Positions 48,885 through 61,802 of a stretch of 64,000 bases of DNA are shown here, piece by piece (position 1 is the first letter of the stretch; every line of letters begins with the position of its first letter). The stretch covers positions 76,122 through 140,121 of the forward strand of contig NW_018404135.1 in NCBI RefSeq assembly GCF_002113885.1, given 5' to 3'. The notes under the pieces were generated by a model. It searched no databases. It was not told the DNA's origin and worked only from the letters and a program-made list of their open reading frames with translations. This stretch comes from Mizuhopecten yessoensis (taxonomy: Eukaryota). A program made the translations under genes and the position numbers.

Positions 48885-51817
48885 ATTCCTTGTTCTACAA
48901 AGTAAAAGTATTGTCGTCTACATATTAAATGTCCCTTGTTTTAAAGAGTAAAAGTATTGTCGTCTACATATCAAATGTCCCTTGTTCTTCAGAGTAAAAG
49001 TATTGTCGTCTAAATATCAAATGTCCCTTGTTCTTCAGAGTAAAAGTATTGTCGTCTGAATATCAAATGTCCCTTGTTCTTCAGAGTAAAAGTATTGTCG
49101 TATACATATCAAATGTCCCTTGCTCTACAGAGTAAAGTATTGTCGTCTACATATCAAATGTCCCTTGTTCTACACAGTAAAGTATTGTCGTCTACATATC
49201 AAATGTCCCTTATTCTACAGAGTAAAAGTATTGTCGTCTACATATCAAATGCCCCTTGTTCTACAGAGTAAAGTATTGTCGTCTACATATCAAATGTCCG
49301 TTGTTCTACAGAGTAAAGTATTGTCGTCTACGTATCAAATGTCCCTTGTTCTACAGAGGAAAGTATTGTCGTCTACATATCAAATATCCCTAGTTCTACA
49401 GAGTAAAAGTATTGTTGTCTACATATCAAATGTCCCTTATTCGTCAGAGTAAAAGTATTGTCGTCTAAATATCAAATGCCCCTTGTTTTACAGAGAAAAA
49501 GAATTGTCGTCTAAATATCAATATCCCTTGTTCTACAGAGTAAAAGTATGGTCGTTTACATATTAAATGTCCCTTGTTCTACAGAGTAAAAATATTGTCG
49601 TCTACATATCAAATGTTCCTTGTTTTACAGAGTAAAAGTATTGTCGTCTACATATAAAATGTTCCTTGTTTTACAGAGTAAAAGTATTGTCGTCTAAATA
49701 TCAAATGCCCCTTGTTTTACAGAGAAAAAGAATTGTCGTCTAAATATCAAATGTCCCTTGTTCGATATCAAATGTCCCTAGTTCTACAGAGTAAAGTATT
49801 GTCGTCTGCATATCAAATGTTCCTTGTTCTACACAGTAAAGTATTATCGTCTACATATCAAATGTCCCTTGTTCTACAGAGTAAAAGAAGTGTCGTCTAC
49901 ATATCAAATGTCCCTTGTTCTACAGAGTAAAAGTATTGTCGTCTACATATCAAATGTCCCTTGTTTTACAGAGTAAAAGTATTGTCGTCTACATATCAAA
50001 TGTTCCTTGTTTTACAGAGTAAAAGTATTGTCGTTTAAATATCATGTGTCCCTTGTTTTAAAGAGTAAAAGTATTGTCGTCTACATATCAAATGTCACTA
50101 GTTCTACAGAGTCAAAGTATTGTCGTCTATATATCAAATGTCCCTAGTTGTACAGAGTAAAAGTATTCTCGTCTACATATCAAATGTCCATTGTTCTACA
50201 GAGTATAAGTATTGTCGTCTAAATATCATGTGTCCCTCGTTTTAAAGAGTAAAAGATATATCATCTACATATCAAATGGCCCTAGTTCTACAGAGTCAAA
50301 GTATTGTCGTCTGCATATCAAATGTCCCTTCTTCTACAGAGTAAAATTATTGTCGTCTACATGTCAAATGTCCCTTGTTTTAAAGAGTAAAAGTATTTTC
50401 TACAGAGTAAAATTATTGTCGTCTACATATCGAATGTCCCTTGTTCTCCAGAGTAAAAGTATTCTCGTCTACATATCAAATGTCCGTTGTTCTACAGAGT
50501 ATAAGTATTGTCGTCTAAATATCAAATGTCCCTTGTTTTAAAGAGTAAAAGTATCGTCGTCTAAATATCATGTGTCCCTCGTTTTAAAGAGTAAAAGTAT
50601 CGTCGTCTAAATATCATGTGTCCCTCGTTTTAAAGAGTAAAAGAATTGACGTCTACATATCAAATGTCACTTGTTCTACAGAGTAAAGTATTGTCGTCTG
50701 CATATCAAATGTCCCTAGTTGTACAGAGTAAAAGTATTGTCGTCTACATATCAAATGTCCCTTGTTCTAAAGAGTAAAAGTATTGTCGTCTACATATCAA
50801 ATGTCCCTTGTTTTAAAGAGTAAAAGTATTGTCGTCTACATATCAAATGTCCCTAGTTCTACAGAGTAAAAGTATTGTCGTCTACATATCGAATGTCCCT
50901 TGTTCTACAGAGTAAAAGTATTGTCATCTAAATATCAAATGTCCCTTGTTCGACAGAGTAACAGTATTGTCGTTTACATATCAAATGTCCCTTGGTCTAC
51001 AGAGTAAAAGCATTGTCGTCTAAATATCATATGTCCCTTGTTTTACAGAGTAAAAGTATTGTCTTCTACATATCAAATGTCCCTAGTTCTACAGAGTAAA
51101 AGTATTGTCGTCTAAATATCAAATGTCCCTTGTTCGACAGAGTAACAGTATTGTCGTTTACATATCAAATGTCCCTTGTTCTACAGAGTAAAAGCATTGT
51201 CGTCTAAATATCATATGTCCCTTGTTTTACAGAGTAAAAGTATTGTCGTCTACATATCAAATGTCCCTAGTTCTACAGAGTAACAGTATTGTCGTTTAAA
51301 TATCATGTGTCCCTTGTTCTACAGAGTAAAAGTATTGTCGTCTACATATCAAATGTCCCTTGTTCTACAGAGTAAAAGGAGTGTCGTCTACATATTAAAT
51401 GTCCCTTGTTCTACAGAGTAAAAGTATTGTCGTCTACATATTAAATGTCCCTTGTTCTACAGAGTAAAAGTATTGTGGTTTACATATCATGTGTCCCTTG
51501 TTCTAAAGTGTAATGGTAGTGTCGTATAAATATCAAATGTCCCTTGTTCTAAAAAGTAAAAGTATTGTCGTCTTAATATCAAATGTCCCTTGCTCTATAG
51601 AGTAAAAGTATTGTCGTCTACATATCAAATGTCCCTTGTTCTACAGAGTAACAGTATTGTCCTCTAAATATCAAATGACCCTTGTTCTACAGAGTAACAG
51701 TATTGTCCTCTAAATATCAAATGTCCCTTGTTCTACAGAGTAAAAGTATTGTCGTTTACATATCATGTGTCCCTTGTTCTACAGAGTAAAAGTATTGTCG
51801 TCTAAATATCAAATGTC
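48885..51817. repeat. 45/46-bp minisatellite array L (GTCCCTTGTTCTACAGAGTAAAAGTATTGTCGTCTACATATCAAAT), about 64 copies
   Basis: Unit read directly. Confidence 0.98.
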
Positions 51818-52619
51818 TCCTGCGAAGTAGGCTTTTGTATTGGTATCTAGAATCGACAGATGTGTGTTAAGCTTATTTCCATACGATGGTCAATAGATCG
51901 TTTTCAGTAATTTCTGTTTCCATAAAACCAGGTGACAGAGTTTTGTCCTTCGAACAAAGATTGGTATAGATGGATACGAACACAGGGACTCAAGAAATTC
52001 CCAAGTCACTGTCGGGCCGACCTCCGCATTGTCAGTGTCCTGTCCACGCTGACAAACGCCGATGACATGCTCCATAATTGCTTCCTGCACGTAACCAAAA
52101 ATTGGCGCCAATGTTCTGGTGCTTTTGACGTCAGCTCCATGACTAATTATAGAACTGTGTTACATTAAGTTATGTTGTGGTCGCAAAACACGTTTTCAAT
52201 ATAATGACAGAAAAGTAAGAGCAGTTTTTGAAAACATCTTAATAATTAGTTGTAATTGACATTGAAAAATAGAAGTTTCCCTCTATGTCGTTGTGACCGT
52301 ATGCTTTCAAAGATATTAATTGACCTCTTTGTCATGATTTATATTTATTTCGATACACAAATAACTTAGTTTGTGAGATAGGAGGACTGAAACGGATGTT
52401 CTACCCAAATTTATTTGATTCCCATGTGAAATGCTTAACTCAAATTGAAACTAATTAACAAACTCTAAAGAAGCGCTATAAAGCGACATGGAAGCTGACG
52501 CCTTAAATGAATAACAAATGACACAAATGTAGTCAGAAACAAGTTTAAAAATAATTAAATGTCGCTGTGTTTTTCAATTTAAATGCAAACGCAATTGACA
52601 CTGATCTCTCCTTACCTTT

Positions 52620-52719
52620 TCACGTGTTCAGCAATGTTTGTGTCACGTGTTCAGCAATGTTTGTGTCACGTGTTCAGCAATGTTTTTGTCACGTGTTCAG
52701 CAATGTTTTTGTCACGTGT
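52620..52719. repeat. 23-bp tandem repeat (CACGTGTTCAGCAATGTTTGTGT), about 4 copies, each with an E-box CACGTG
   Basis: Read directly. Confidence 0.93.
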
Positions 52720-53374
52720 TTAAGAACCAGGCCAGCTAATGCTATAACACATATATAACCCATGTCAGCATGAACTTTTCCCAATATCTTTATTCGATGT
52801 TTCCCTGTTCCGACAGTTCCATATATAACTATAGATTCACTGTGTTATGTACTACCAGAGGCTGCGCGGATGCTACATATGCCGAGGGACTTGCTTGTGT
52901 GGAGTTGGGGGCGTTTCTCATTGCGTTTATGGTGATAATTGAAGTATAATACTATGCCCTGTAAAGTAACAGAGTTCCTAGATCATGATTGCTTCAATGC
53001 TGCGATAAACGCATTATTCTAAAAACGATCATTAACACCGTAAGAGTACATACCCATCTAATCTACTGTGGTTTAACTATCGCCAGTTTTAATACTAAAA
53101 CTATCCAGCCGCGACTTTTACCAGTAAATTCCAGTTTTCTACAAATGGAATGGTCGAAATCTAATTAAATAAATTGAAATAAGGAGAACATATTCGGCCA
53201 AATGGTCACTGAAAAAAACCATGGGCAAAATAATAAATGGGTTATAACAAAAATGGGCAATAACAGAGGTGCGTTTAACAGAGGCAGGCTATTACTGAGA
53301 TGGGCTATTTTAGAGGTGGGCTATTTTAGAGGTGGGCAAAACAGAGATTGGCTTATGATAATGTTATGAATTAC

Positions 53375-53843
53375 AGATATGGGTTATGATGATGTAAGTA
53401 ATTACAGGGATTGGTTATGATGATGAAAGTAATTACAGATATGGGTTATGATGATGTAAGTAATTACAGGGATGGGTTATGATGATGTAAGTAATTACAG
53501 GGATGGGTTATGATGATGTAAGTAATTACAGGGATGGGTTATGATGATGTAAGTAATTACAGGGATGGGTTATGATGATGTAAGTAATTACAGGGATGGG
53601 TTATGATGATGTAAGTAATTACAGGGATGGGTTATGATGATGTAAGTAATTACAGGGATGGGTTATGATGATGTAAGTAATTACAGGGATGGGTTATGAT
53701 GATGTAAGTAATTACAGGGATGGGTTATGATGATGTAAGTAATTACAGAGATGGGTTATGATGGGGGTAAGTAATTACAGAGATGGGTTATGATGATGTA
53801 AGTAATTACAGAGATGGGTTATGATGATGTAAGTAATTACAGA
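53375..53843. repeat. 31-bp minisatellite M (GATGGGTTATGATGATGTAAGTAATTACAGG), about 15 copies, inside an older degenerate GGGTTAT..ACAGAG repeat field
   Basis: Period 31 (53471 and 53502); related short motifs at 53220-53370, 53850-53950 and 54590-54780. Confidence 0.96.
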
Positions 53844-53976
53844 ATGCATAGAGATGGACTATTACATAGGAGGGTTAATGTGAAGACTGTTATATAAAAA
53901 AGGCGTAATATAAATGTATAACAGAGATGGGCTATTATAGATGTAGGTCATTATTATTCAATGATGGACTGATGTG

Positions 53977-54515
53977 TGCTGGTGAATATGATGTGATATG
54001 AACATGAAAAATAAATCATTTTTTCAGATTCATAACGCATCATATTTACCAGCATAAAAGCACATTATTGTTTTATGATATGCTTCAACAGTACAATTTT
54101 GTATTGGTAACTTTTACTGGAACGAGCCTTTCGTTTAAAATTTAGCCAGGTTGAACCCAACAATTTGGCAACGTATCTTTCGAAGACATCGTCAAGGTTC
54201 TTTTTCCTTAAGATAAACATGGAGGACAGTGTTCAGTTGCCGTTTTTGTGTTAACAGCATCTTTAACTTCGAGTAGGTTTTGGAAAATTTCAGATGTAAC
54301 GGAGCCGAAGCGTTCGCCAGCAGTCATCCTTTGTTGTCGTCTGACATTTCGCGTGCCATTCTAACTGCGCATGCGCTACGACAGGTTCCGGGGAATTCAT
54401 ATATAGGCTATATTTAGAAAACGACGGATAACCAGTCTGCATGAGTTTTTGAGGACTGGTCACGTGTATAGGATCCGACCAATGTGATTTCGAGAAACCT
54501 TCAATCATAAAATAA
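53977..54515. mobile_element. Palindrome-headed non-autonomous element interrupting the degenerate repeat field
   Basis: Hairpin at 53977-54054 (TGCTGGTGAATATGATGTGATATGAA...TTCATAACGCATCATATTTACCAGCA); the repeat field resumes after about 54550. Boundaries approximate. Confidence 0.5.
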
Positions 54516-55349
54516 AGCGGTGTGTTGCATGTAGAAAGGCTTGTTATTATAGTTGTGGGTTATTATATACGTGTCCCATATAAATATAGAATAATGTTAT
54601 AACAGAGGAGGGTTATTAAAGAGTTCGGTTATTACTGAGATGTGTCATTACAGCGGAGATTTATTGTAGGGGCCGGTTATCATACACTTGTATTCAAAGA
54701 GAGGTAGGTTATTGCAAAGGTGGGTTATAACTGAGGTTGGTTAACGTTAAACTAAAGATGAATTGTTAAAGAGACGGGATATCGGTATTACAAAGGGAGT
54801 GACATTCAGAGATGAGGTATACGGGAACAGCACAGAGCTAGGTTCATACAGAGGGACACTTCTGTTGTGTCTCTGGGAGGATCTATAACACAATGTTGAG
54901 TGTTGCAGTTGTCAAGTGTGTTCAGCATGTCATCGAATGAATGAACAGTCTCGACAATGTTTGTATCGTCTGAGGGAGGAACAAACGTACAGCTACGTTA
55001 TGTATATGATGATCCATTTAACTCACATTTGACGGACTATACCATATATATTCAGAAACGTTAGAGAGGTGACGACAAAGATACGTCAGAAAAATGACGT
55101 CAGAGAAATGTCAGAAAAAAGTGATACATTTGTTGCCCGGGATACATCTATAGTTGTTAGGATGTCGATGATCAATCTAGGCTTGAAGTTTTTTCTTATT
55201 AATTTCATTGTATCCGCTACAATGCCTGCTTCTATTGAATCTATCTTACATTACACAGATCTGGGTCAAGTTGAAGTGTCCATTACTGTTCAAAGTCTGA
55301 AGAATATATGCCATGTATAGCTATAAGATTAACGGTGGTAGCTATCTAG

Positions 55350-55526
55350 GTATATTGACGTGTTACCGTTAGGCCTGTCATCTGACAAGGTCTTTGTTCT
55401 GGATAGCATGAACTCCTAAGTTGACACAAGTCGTCTCTATGTATATTGACGTGTTACTGTTTGGCCTGTCATCTGACAAGGTCTTTGTTCTGGATATCAT
55501 AAACTCCTAAGCTGAAACAAGTCGTC
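55350..55526. repeat. 91-bp two-copy tandem duplication
   Basis: GTATATTGACGTGTTAC at 55350 and 55441. Confidence 0.9.
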
Positions 55527-57322
55527 ATTGATTTGATTACACTAAAACCAAAGCTTGTGAAGAAAACATTTCCGAAAAACGTCAAAGTTGGTTAGGAAAT
55601 GTCGTTATCTATTATTCTTTGAAAGAAATCTTTATTGTTTATTTCCCGTGTGCGGTTGAAGCAGAGAAGCTTGGGTAGAGAAGCCGTTACTTTCTCCTTT
55701 CCACAGGGCAATTTTATTTGGTTTTACACTACCAACATTTGGTAGCTGGTTTTGGTTCCTTTTTCTTCTGTCTTTGTCTTTTCGTGATTATGCGGCGGAA
55801 AACAATGAAGACGAATAGACGATAATCAATGTTATCTTCCATTAAAAAGAACAATCTGATAACGGATTTAAGGACATGAAATTTCTTTGCTTCGCCATTT
55901 GTTTTCTAGTTTTCGATGCAAAATAACGATAATTGTTGTCTTTTTGCAGGATTTTTGTATTACAACTAAAAAACCCAAGGTAAATAAGGCTAATAATCGA
56001 GTCTGGCGCCAGTTAGTGTTCAATAATTGATACAATGTATCCATGTTATTGATTATACATATAACAAGAGGAGCCACGTCTGTCCACATTGGTAAAGAGA
56101 GCCTCAAGTGTAGGTTTCAGGTTTGGCTGAAAGCATCAAGGCCCGTCATATTCGTTGACGTTACACACCGGAATACTTCACATATCCCGGTAATTGTCGC
56201 CTTGATTCAGTTAAGGCCGCTATTATACATATTTCAGGATTTTTGTTTAGACATTGTGATGCCATTATTTTAATGTATGTAACCCCTGAACTAAATTACA
56301 TCGATCTTTTTTTTCTCGGTTAGTTAATCTTAGTTTAAATATGGTGACTCATAAATAGGTAAGCGGTACACAGACTCGCAAAAAAGGTAACTCATTTGAT
56401 ATGTCTGAAATGTTAAGTCTGTAACTATCAGGAGGCATACAAAAATAAAGGAAAATAAATTAATTTAAAAAAAAAATCGTATCATGTTTAATTTCCGTTG
56501 TTGTTTCAATATACTTCCGTTGAGCCTATATGATGTCAGTGTCTTGATTAACGCGCGCGCCCGGTGGCGTAGTCTCGCTCAGTTTCTAAGTTAAATTATT
56601 TCAGGCAGACAAACATGATTTAATGACTATATTTGTCTGTGACAGAACGCCAATGCTGACGGTATCTTGTTTGTCCGCAGCCGTCAGAGTTCAGTCAAGT
56701 ATACATTTCCTCTTCATCACTGTACGCACAACGGACACCGACCTATTTTAAATTTGTATTTCCGTACTTGACCGAAAATGTCCCGGCGACATCACTCATA
56801 TGGTGTAATTGTGTGTGAAAGCTTAGCGTCGTTTCTACTGATGCCAATATGTTAGCGTACGCACGTATAATCTTTCTCTGCCATGTTAGTAGCCCACTAC
56901 GGTATTAAAGGTCTTCTTCTCATCTCAATGTTCATCATCGCAAAACATTATCGCTTCTCTCTGATCTGATATTATGTAGCCGAAACGTTCATTAAATTTA
57001 AATTGACCAATCCTATGTTTATACCTTTTTATCTATGATCAGAGGTCATCTGTTCGTGAAGCCGAAGGTAGTTACATTATGATGGCAGATAACGGCAGTA
57101 AGGTTTACACTAAGTCAGGTATCAGTTTATCATACGAAAGTCTATTCAGTCAGAAGAATTTCCAAGCAGATAATGTTCCATAATATTAAGTGTTGTATTG
57201 ATTGTTTCTGAATTACGACTTCCGCATCCACTTGTGTTGTAGATAAATACCAGTGTCCGCGGGCGAGGAGCTGGTAATCCGCTGTCCCAGGGCCGACCTT
57301 CTTCACCTCATCACACAAAACG

Positions 57323-58265
57323 ATGCACCCCGCGATAAGGGTGTGCTTGGGCCTTGTCAAAAACAGAACATTGCACATCGACCGCAATGAAGGACCGGAT
57401 TGTAAGGACCTGTTTAGGAAACACCTTTCCAATATCTTCAACGAGTCCAGATACGGAAATGCGTCAACGAATGCACTTCCAGATGGTGACAGTTTCGACG
57501 TGTGGCGCTACCTTGCGCATGAATTAGAACCAAGGAGAGATGATCTGCCGACAGTTATCAGCGTCACTATCATATACTGTGTTCTCTTCTGCACTGGAGT
57601 GTTTGGAAATGTTTGCACGTGCATTGTAATAGCCAAGAATAAGTTTATGCACACAGCCACGAATTATTACCTGTTCAATCTGGCCGTGGCAGATCTGCTT
57701 CTGTTATTGATAGGCCTTCCTCCGGATCTCTATACGATATGGGCAATGTACCCATGGATATTTGGCGAAGCGTTTTGTGTGGCACGCGTGCTTTTTGCAG
57801 AGATTTCGACGTTTACGTCGATTTTAACTATAACGGCGTTCACTGTGGAGCGGTACGTGGCCATATGTTTTCCAATGAAGGCGCAGAGAATGTCTAGTTT
57901 GTATCGAGCTGTGCGCGTGATATTCTGCACGTGGTGTCTGTCCACGATATGTGCTATCCCCCAGGCGATACAATACGGGGTAGTGTACATCCCCGACCCA
58001 TGGAACGCCACCCTGATACAGTCTGCTATGTGTACGTTCAAAGCTCAGGAGGGCATCAAATGGACGTTTCAGGTATCGGCCATTATTTTCTTTGCTGTGC
58101 CGATGACTTTTATCACCGTGCTATACACTCTCATCGCGATTACCATCCGGAGATCGACCCTCAGTCGAGGGTCCATGGATTCCTCAAGTAAGGAACATCT
58201 ACGTGGTGTGGAACTCCATGCTCAGCAACAGGCCCGTGCGCGCCGGTCGGTTCTAAAGATGCTGG
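57323..58265 (+). CDS. Rhodopsin-class neuropeptide GPCR, neuromedin U / pyrokinin / CAPA (PRXamide) receptor family; first coding exon (N-terminus to start of TM6)
   Basis: GxxGN in TM1, MHTATNYYLFNLAVADLL, GLP, YPWIFGEAFC, SILTITAFTVERYVAICFP, FFAVPM..LY, VLKML then phase-1 donor G/GTAAG at 58265/58266; N-glycosylation sequons NES and NAS. TM6-TM7 exons were not found in the window; the exact start codon is uncertain. Confidence 0.93.
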
Positions 58266-59377
58266 GTAAGTGCAAATTGTTAGTAACTTTGTTTGATAAT
58301 TTTTAAGTGGACCATCAAAATAGTAGGTCATTTAGAGTCATCACAAAGTTCTGCGGTCGGCGACTAACGAAGGTCAGCAAGAAAAGGAAGCGCTAGGGTA
58401 GAAGAGAAAACGATGTAACCATTTCAGAGCTTTCTAACCCCAAAACAACGCTTCGTCGGGCCTATTCCAGTAATTAATGACATCAATCAAGCATTGATCA
58501 TTGAAATACATATTATTTGTCATCGTTTTTGCTAACTCAATAAAACTCGAAACTTTACCCTATAGATAACGAATGATGCACCTACACCCAGATACCTCGA
58601 TAAGCATCAGTAATTCACAGATATAAAGTAATCTTTATTTGCTTCGCTAAAAATGTATTCTCCTAGGTATCGGAATATTACAATATTTGAAAGAAAAAAA
58701 ACATGATGACAAAGGATAGTATTAAACTAGTTCTTTATTTTTCTCGAATATCACAATTGAAATTCGTTTCTAGAGATGTGTGCAAAATAATAATGATAAT
58801 TGAAAAACATTCATGTGTTCAAGAGAAGTGACGGAATGTGTTCGATCAACAAGGATTTGGATGACACTTCTAAGGTCGAGGCCTTATAAAGTGATGCAAA
58901 TTCCTAGTTCGTGATTACATTTTTTAGCAGGCATAGTCTGGATTCCATCAAAATTGGAACGACTCGCTCACACTCAAACCGTGGTGTTTTTGCTCGCTCA
59001 CACTCAAACTATCGTATTTTTTTTCTCTAAAATTAAGTAACGATATGAAATCTATCAAAGCGTTACGTCCGAATGTACACAAATAATAATTATATCAAAG
59101 AGTTCCTTTAGACACAAACCACTCAGTCATAGCTTGACAAAGGGACCAGTCGGTCTCTAAACTTGGCGACACGTTTAATACGTTCATTATTTGTGAACAA
59201 AATTAAACTTTAATATTAAATAATTATTTCCCAATTAATGAATCTGATTGAAAACACTGATAGTAGTGTTTCGCTCCAATGACCGAAAGTTTATTTGTTC
59301 GTTTAGTCGATAGAGGTAACAAAATTGAGTGCAAATTTTCTAAATATAATGGAGTTTATATGTAATTGTTTTCACAA

Positions 59378-59755
59378 TACCCTAAAATCGCGAAAATAAG
59401 CCGCTATTTATTAACGCCTCAGTAGGAATCCCAAGATTATTTTCGAATCGGCCTGTTTTCAATGCCGCCATAATTTCGAAGCCTTTTACCATATACGGCC
59501 TTACGGCTTTTTTCCAAGCCGTTTTACTTTCGAAAGTTTGAAACGGTCGATGCCATAGCTGCATATTGCTAAAAATATTTAAAAAAAATCATATACCGTA
59601 ACAAATAGCATTGGTATAAATAACATCATGCATATTTTACACAAATAGATCAATTGAAGGGCAACGGGGTTTCAAGGCCGGCCTGTTTTCGAAGCCGGCT
59701 TATTTAAGAGATCTATTTGACTGAAAGGGACCAAAGCTTATTTTGAAACCAGATT
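59378..59755. mobile_element. Possible degraded pogo/Tigger-like MITE in the GPCR intron
   Basis: TACCCTAAAATCGCGAAAATAAGCC left end, GCTTATTTTGAAA near the right end, internal GGCCTGTTTTC / TTTCGAAGCC repeats; the right TIR is poor. Confidence 0.35.
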
Positions 59756-61802
59756 AATAGCATAACATACCAAACTTTAATTATCCCTACATTTTGTCAC
59801 AACATCTTACGGATCTGCAGGATATAAGGAAAATGGATTTAACAAAATACCGTTTTTAAGACAAAAACACATTTTGGTAAACGCTACTATCCGGTCAAGT
59901 TTGGTTATCAGTCTAGTGCTAAGAATACCCCAATCGTTGAAATATAGATCACTACGTATAATATGAGAGAAAGCTGATGATGTCATCTCTAAACATTATC
60001 TAAACAGTTATATACTCACATATATCTTATATTCGTTTATACTGTTTTTACTGTCATAAGGATTGTAACCTTATTTTACTTCTGCGAACCGTTCTATCAT
60101 TATATACGAGTAATACTGTGAACGCAATATCTGTTAGTTAAACTATTATTGGAACAAGAAAATAATCAATTCGTTTGGAATAAATATGTCAACTTGTTTG
60201 ACAATGAACCCTTTAAATTTTAGGTTCAACGTATCTAACGTGTGGTATAACAGAGTAACATATTTTTCGTAGTTCGGTTAGTCCAGCAAGATTGTAAAAT
60301 TGTACAGATTTAGTGTAGCAATTTTAAGTCTCATGATGCAAAATCAGTATGATCATGCTGGAAAGTAATAACAGAAAGATGTTGATGTTGCTCCCAATAA
60401 AAACACCATATTGAAAATTAGTTTTACCTAAAACACCTCAAGCGTAAGCAAATTATTAAGATCAGTCGAGTAGGGAGTGAGTAAGATAGTATCAGAGGAA
60501 TTGTAACATGTTTCCAATCTGTTAGCCCTATGTTGTAACGCCGTTTGAATTAGTTTGGCCCACTCACCCGGCCTATGCGATATGATATGTAACAGGTGTA
60601 AGGTTTATCAGACCTGTTTGATGATACAAGTACAGGCTGTTATTTCACCGAATAGAGATGTTCCACTCACACTTCCATCTCCACACCACAACGAGTTACC
60701 AAGTTTTCAAAAGATGTGGAAAATGCAATCAAATAACTATTAGCTGAATTCTCCGACATTAGAACGTCTTATCTACGGCATAGCTTTGTTGCTATATTCC
60801 TGAGCTAAACTACCAATATCATGTGTTTAGTACAGACTGCTTGTACAAAAATAACATACACAATTGTGATACAGTTAATATTTTTTATTTATGATGGCAT
60901 AACTGGCCGCCACAATTAGGAATTTCTGTCTACAAAATCCATGCCCAGTTGGCAACAGACAAGTAACTGTGACCAATTGCGTACAGTTTAGCAATGTGGC
61001 CGCTGCCCGCCAGAGGACTTCGTGGCAGACCACTCAAATCTCTACTGGAATTCAAATTTCTCAATTGACGCGTCCCTGGTAACAATGAACGAGTGCAACA
61101 CGTTCCCAGTAGATTATAAAACACAAACTGTTGATCTGGGGTCCACTTTAATCCGCCTGTTCCTGGCAACGATGAATAAGAGTAACACACAACCATGGTG
61201 TATACAATTACAAATGATCTTGTGCTGATCAAAGACTGCTATTGACCCTGGTTACAGTAGTCAAGTTGAATGTTTTTCCTGGTCCTTCTTCATTGCCGCG
61301 ACAAAGGATTCCAACCCTCTAACAAAATACAACGAAAGGTCGGAATTGGTAGCATAAATCGCTCGATAAACATCTCAAGTAACTGTCCATGACAAAATAT
61401 TGAAAGCACAATGATGCGAATACAATTTACCCTTTTTGTATGGCGGTCTGTCTTGAATTTTTCTATTTTGAAAAGGAAGCACATCTCAGTCACATCAACG
61501 TTACAATTATTGTCAGGGATTTTGACCCAGTATTAAATACTCTCTTCAAAAAATTAAAAGGCAACATGACAATACTGGTATACATGTATTTATATCTTTT
61601 TTTTATGTAATTAATTAATCCAATAATCTCGTAAAATATTGTTATTTATTACATTTGCACCAGTTGTACGTGTATGGAAAAAGAAACTAGTAAAAATGTA
61701 TAAGTGTTGAAATATTTTCAACTGAATTTATAGGCAATATGAATGACAACTGGCCAAAGAAAAAACTTAACATGAACCTGTTTAATTTGCCTTTGTCCGT
61801 TT

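Noticed and set aside
13185-51817. Common origin of the two 46-bp arrays D and L (shared TTGTCGTC and GTCCCTT)
   Set aside because: The shared words are short and differently spaced; the remainder does not align.
58266-58306. C-terminus GKCKLLVTLFDNF of the 327-aa GPCR ORF, implying a truncated 5-TM receptor
   Set aside because: This is read-through into an intron after a consensus GTAAG donor at the start of TM6; the remaining exons are presumably downstream.
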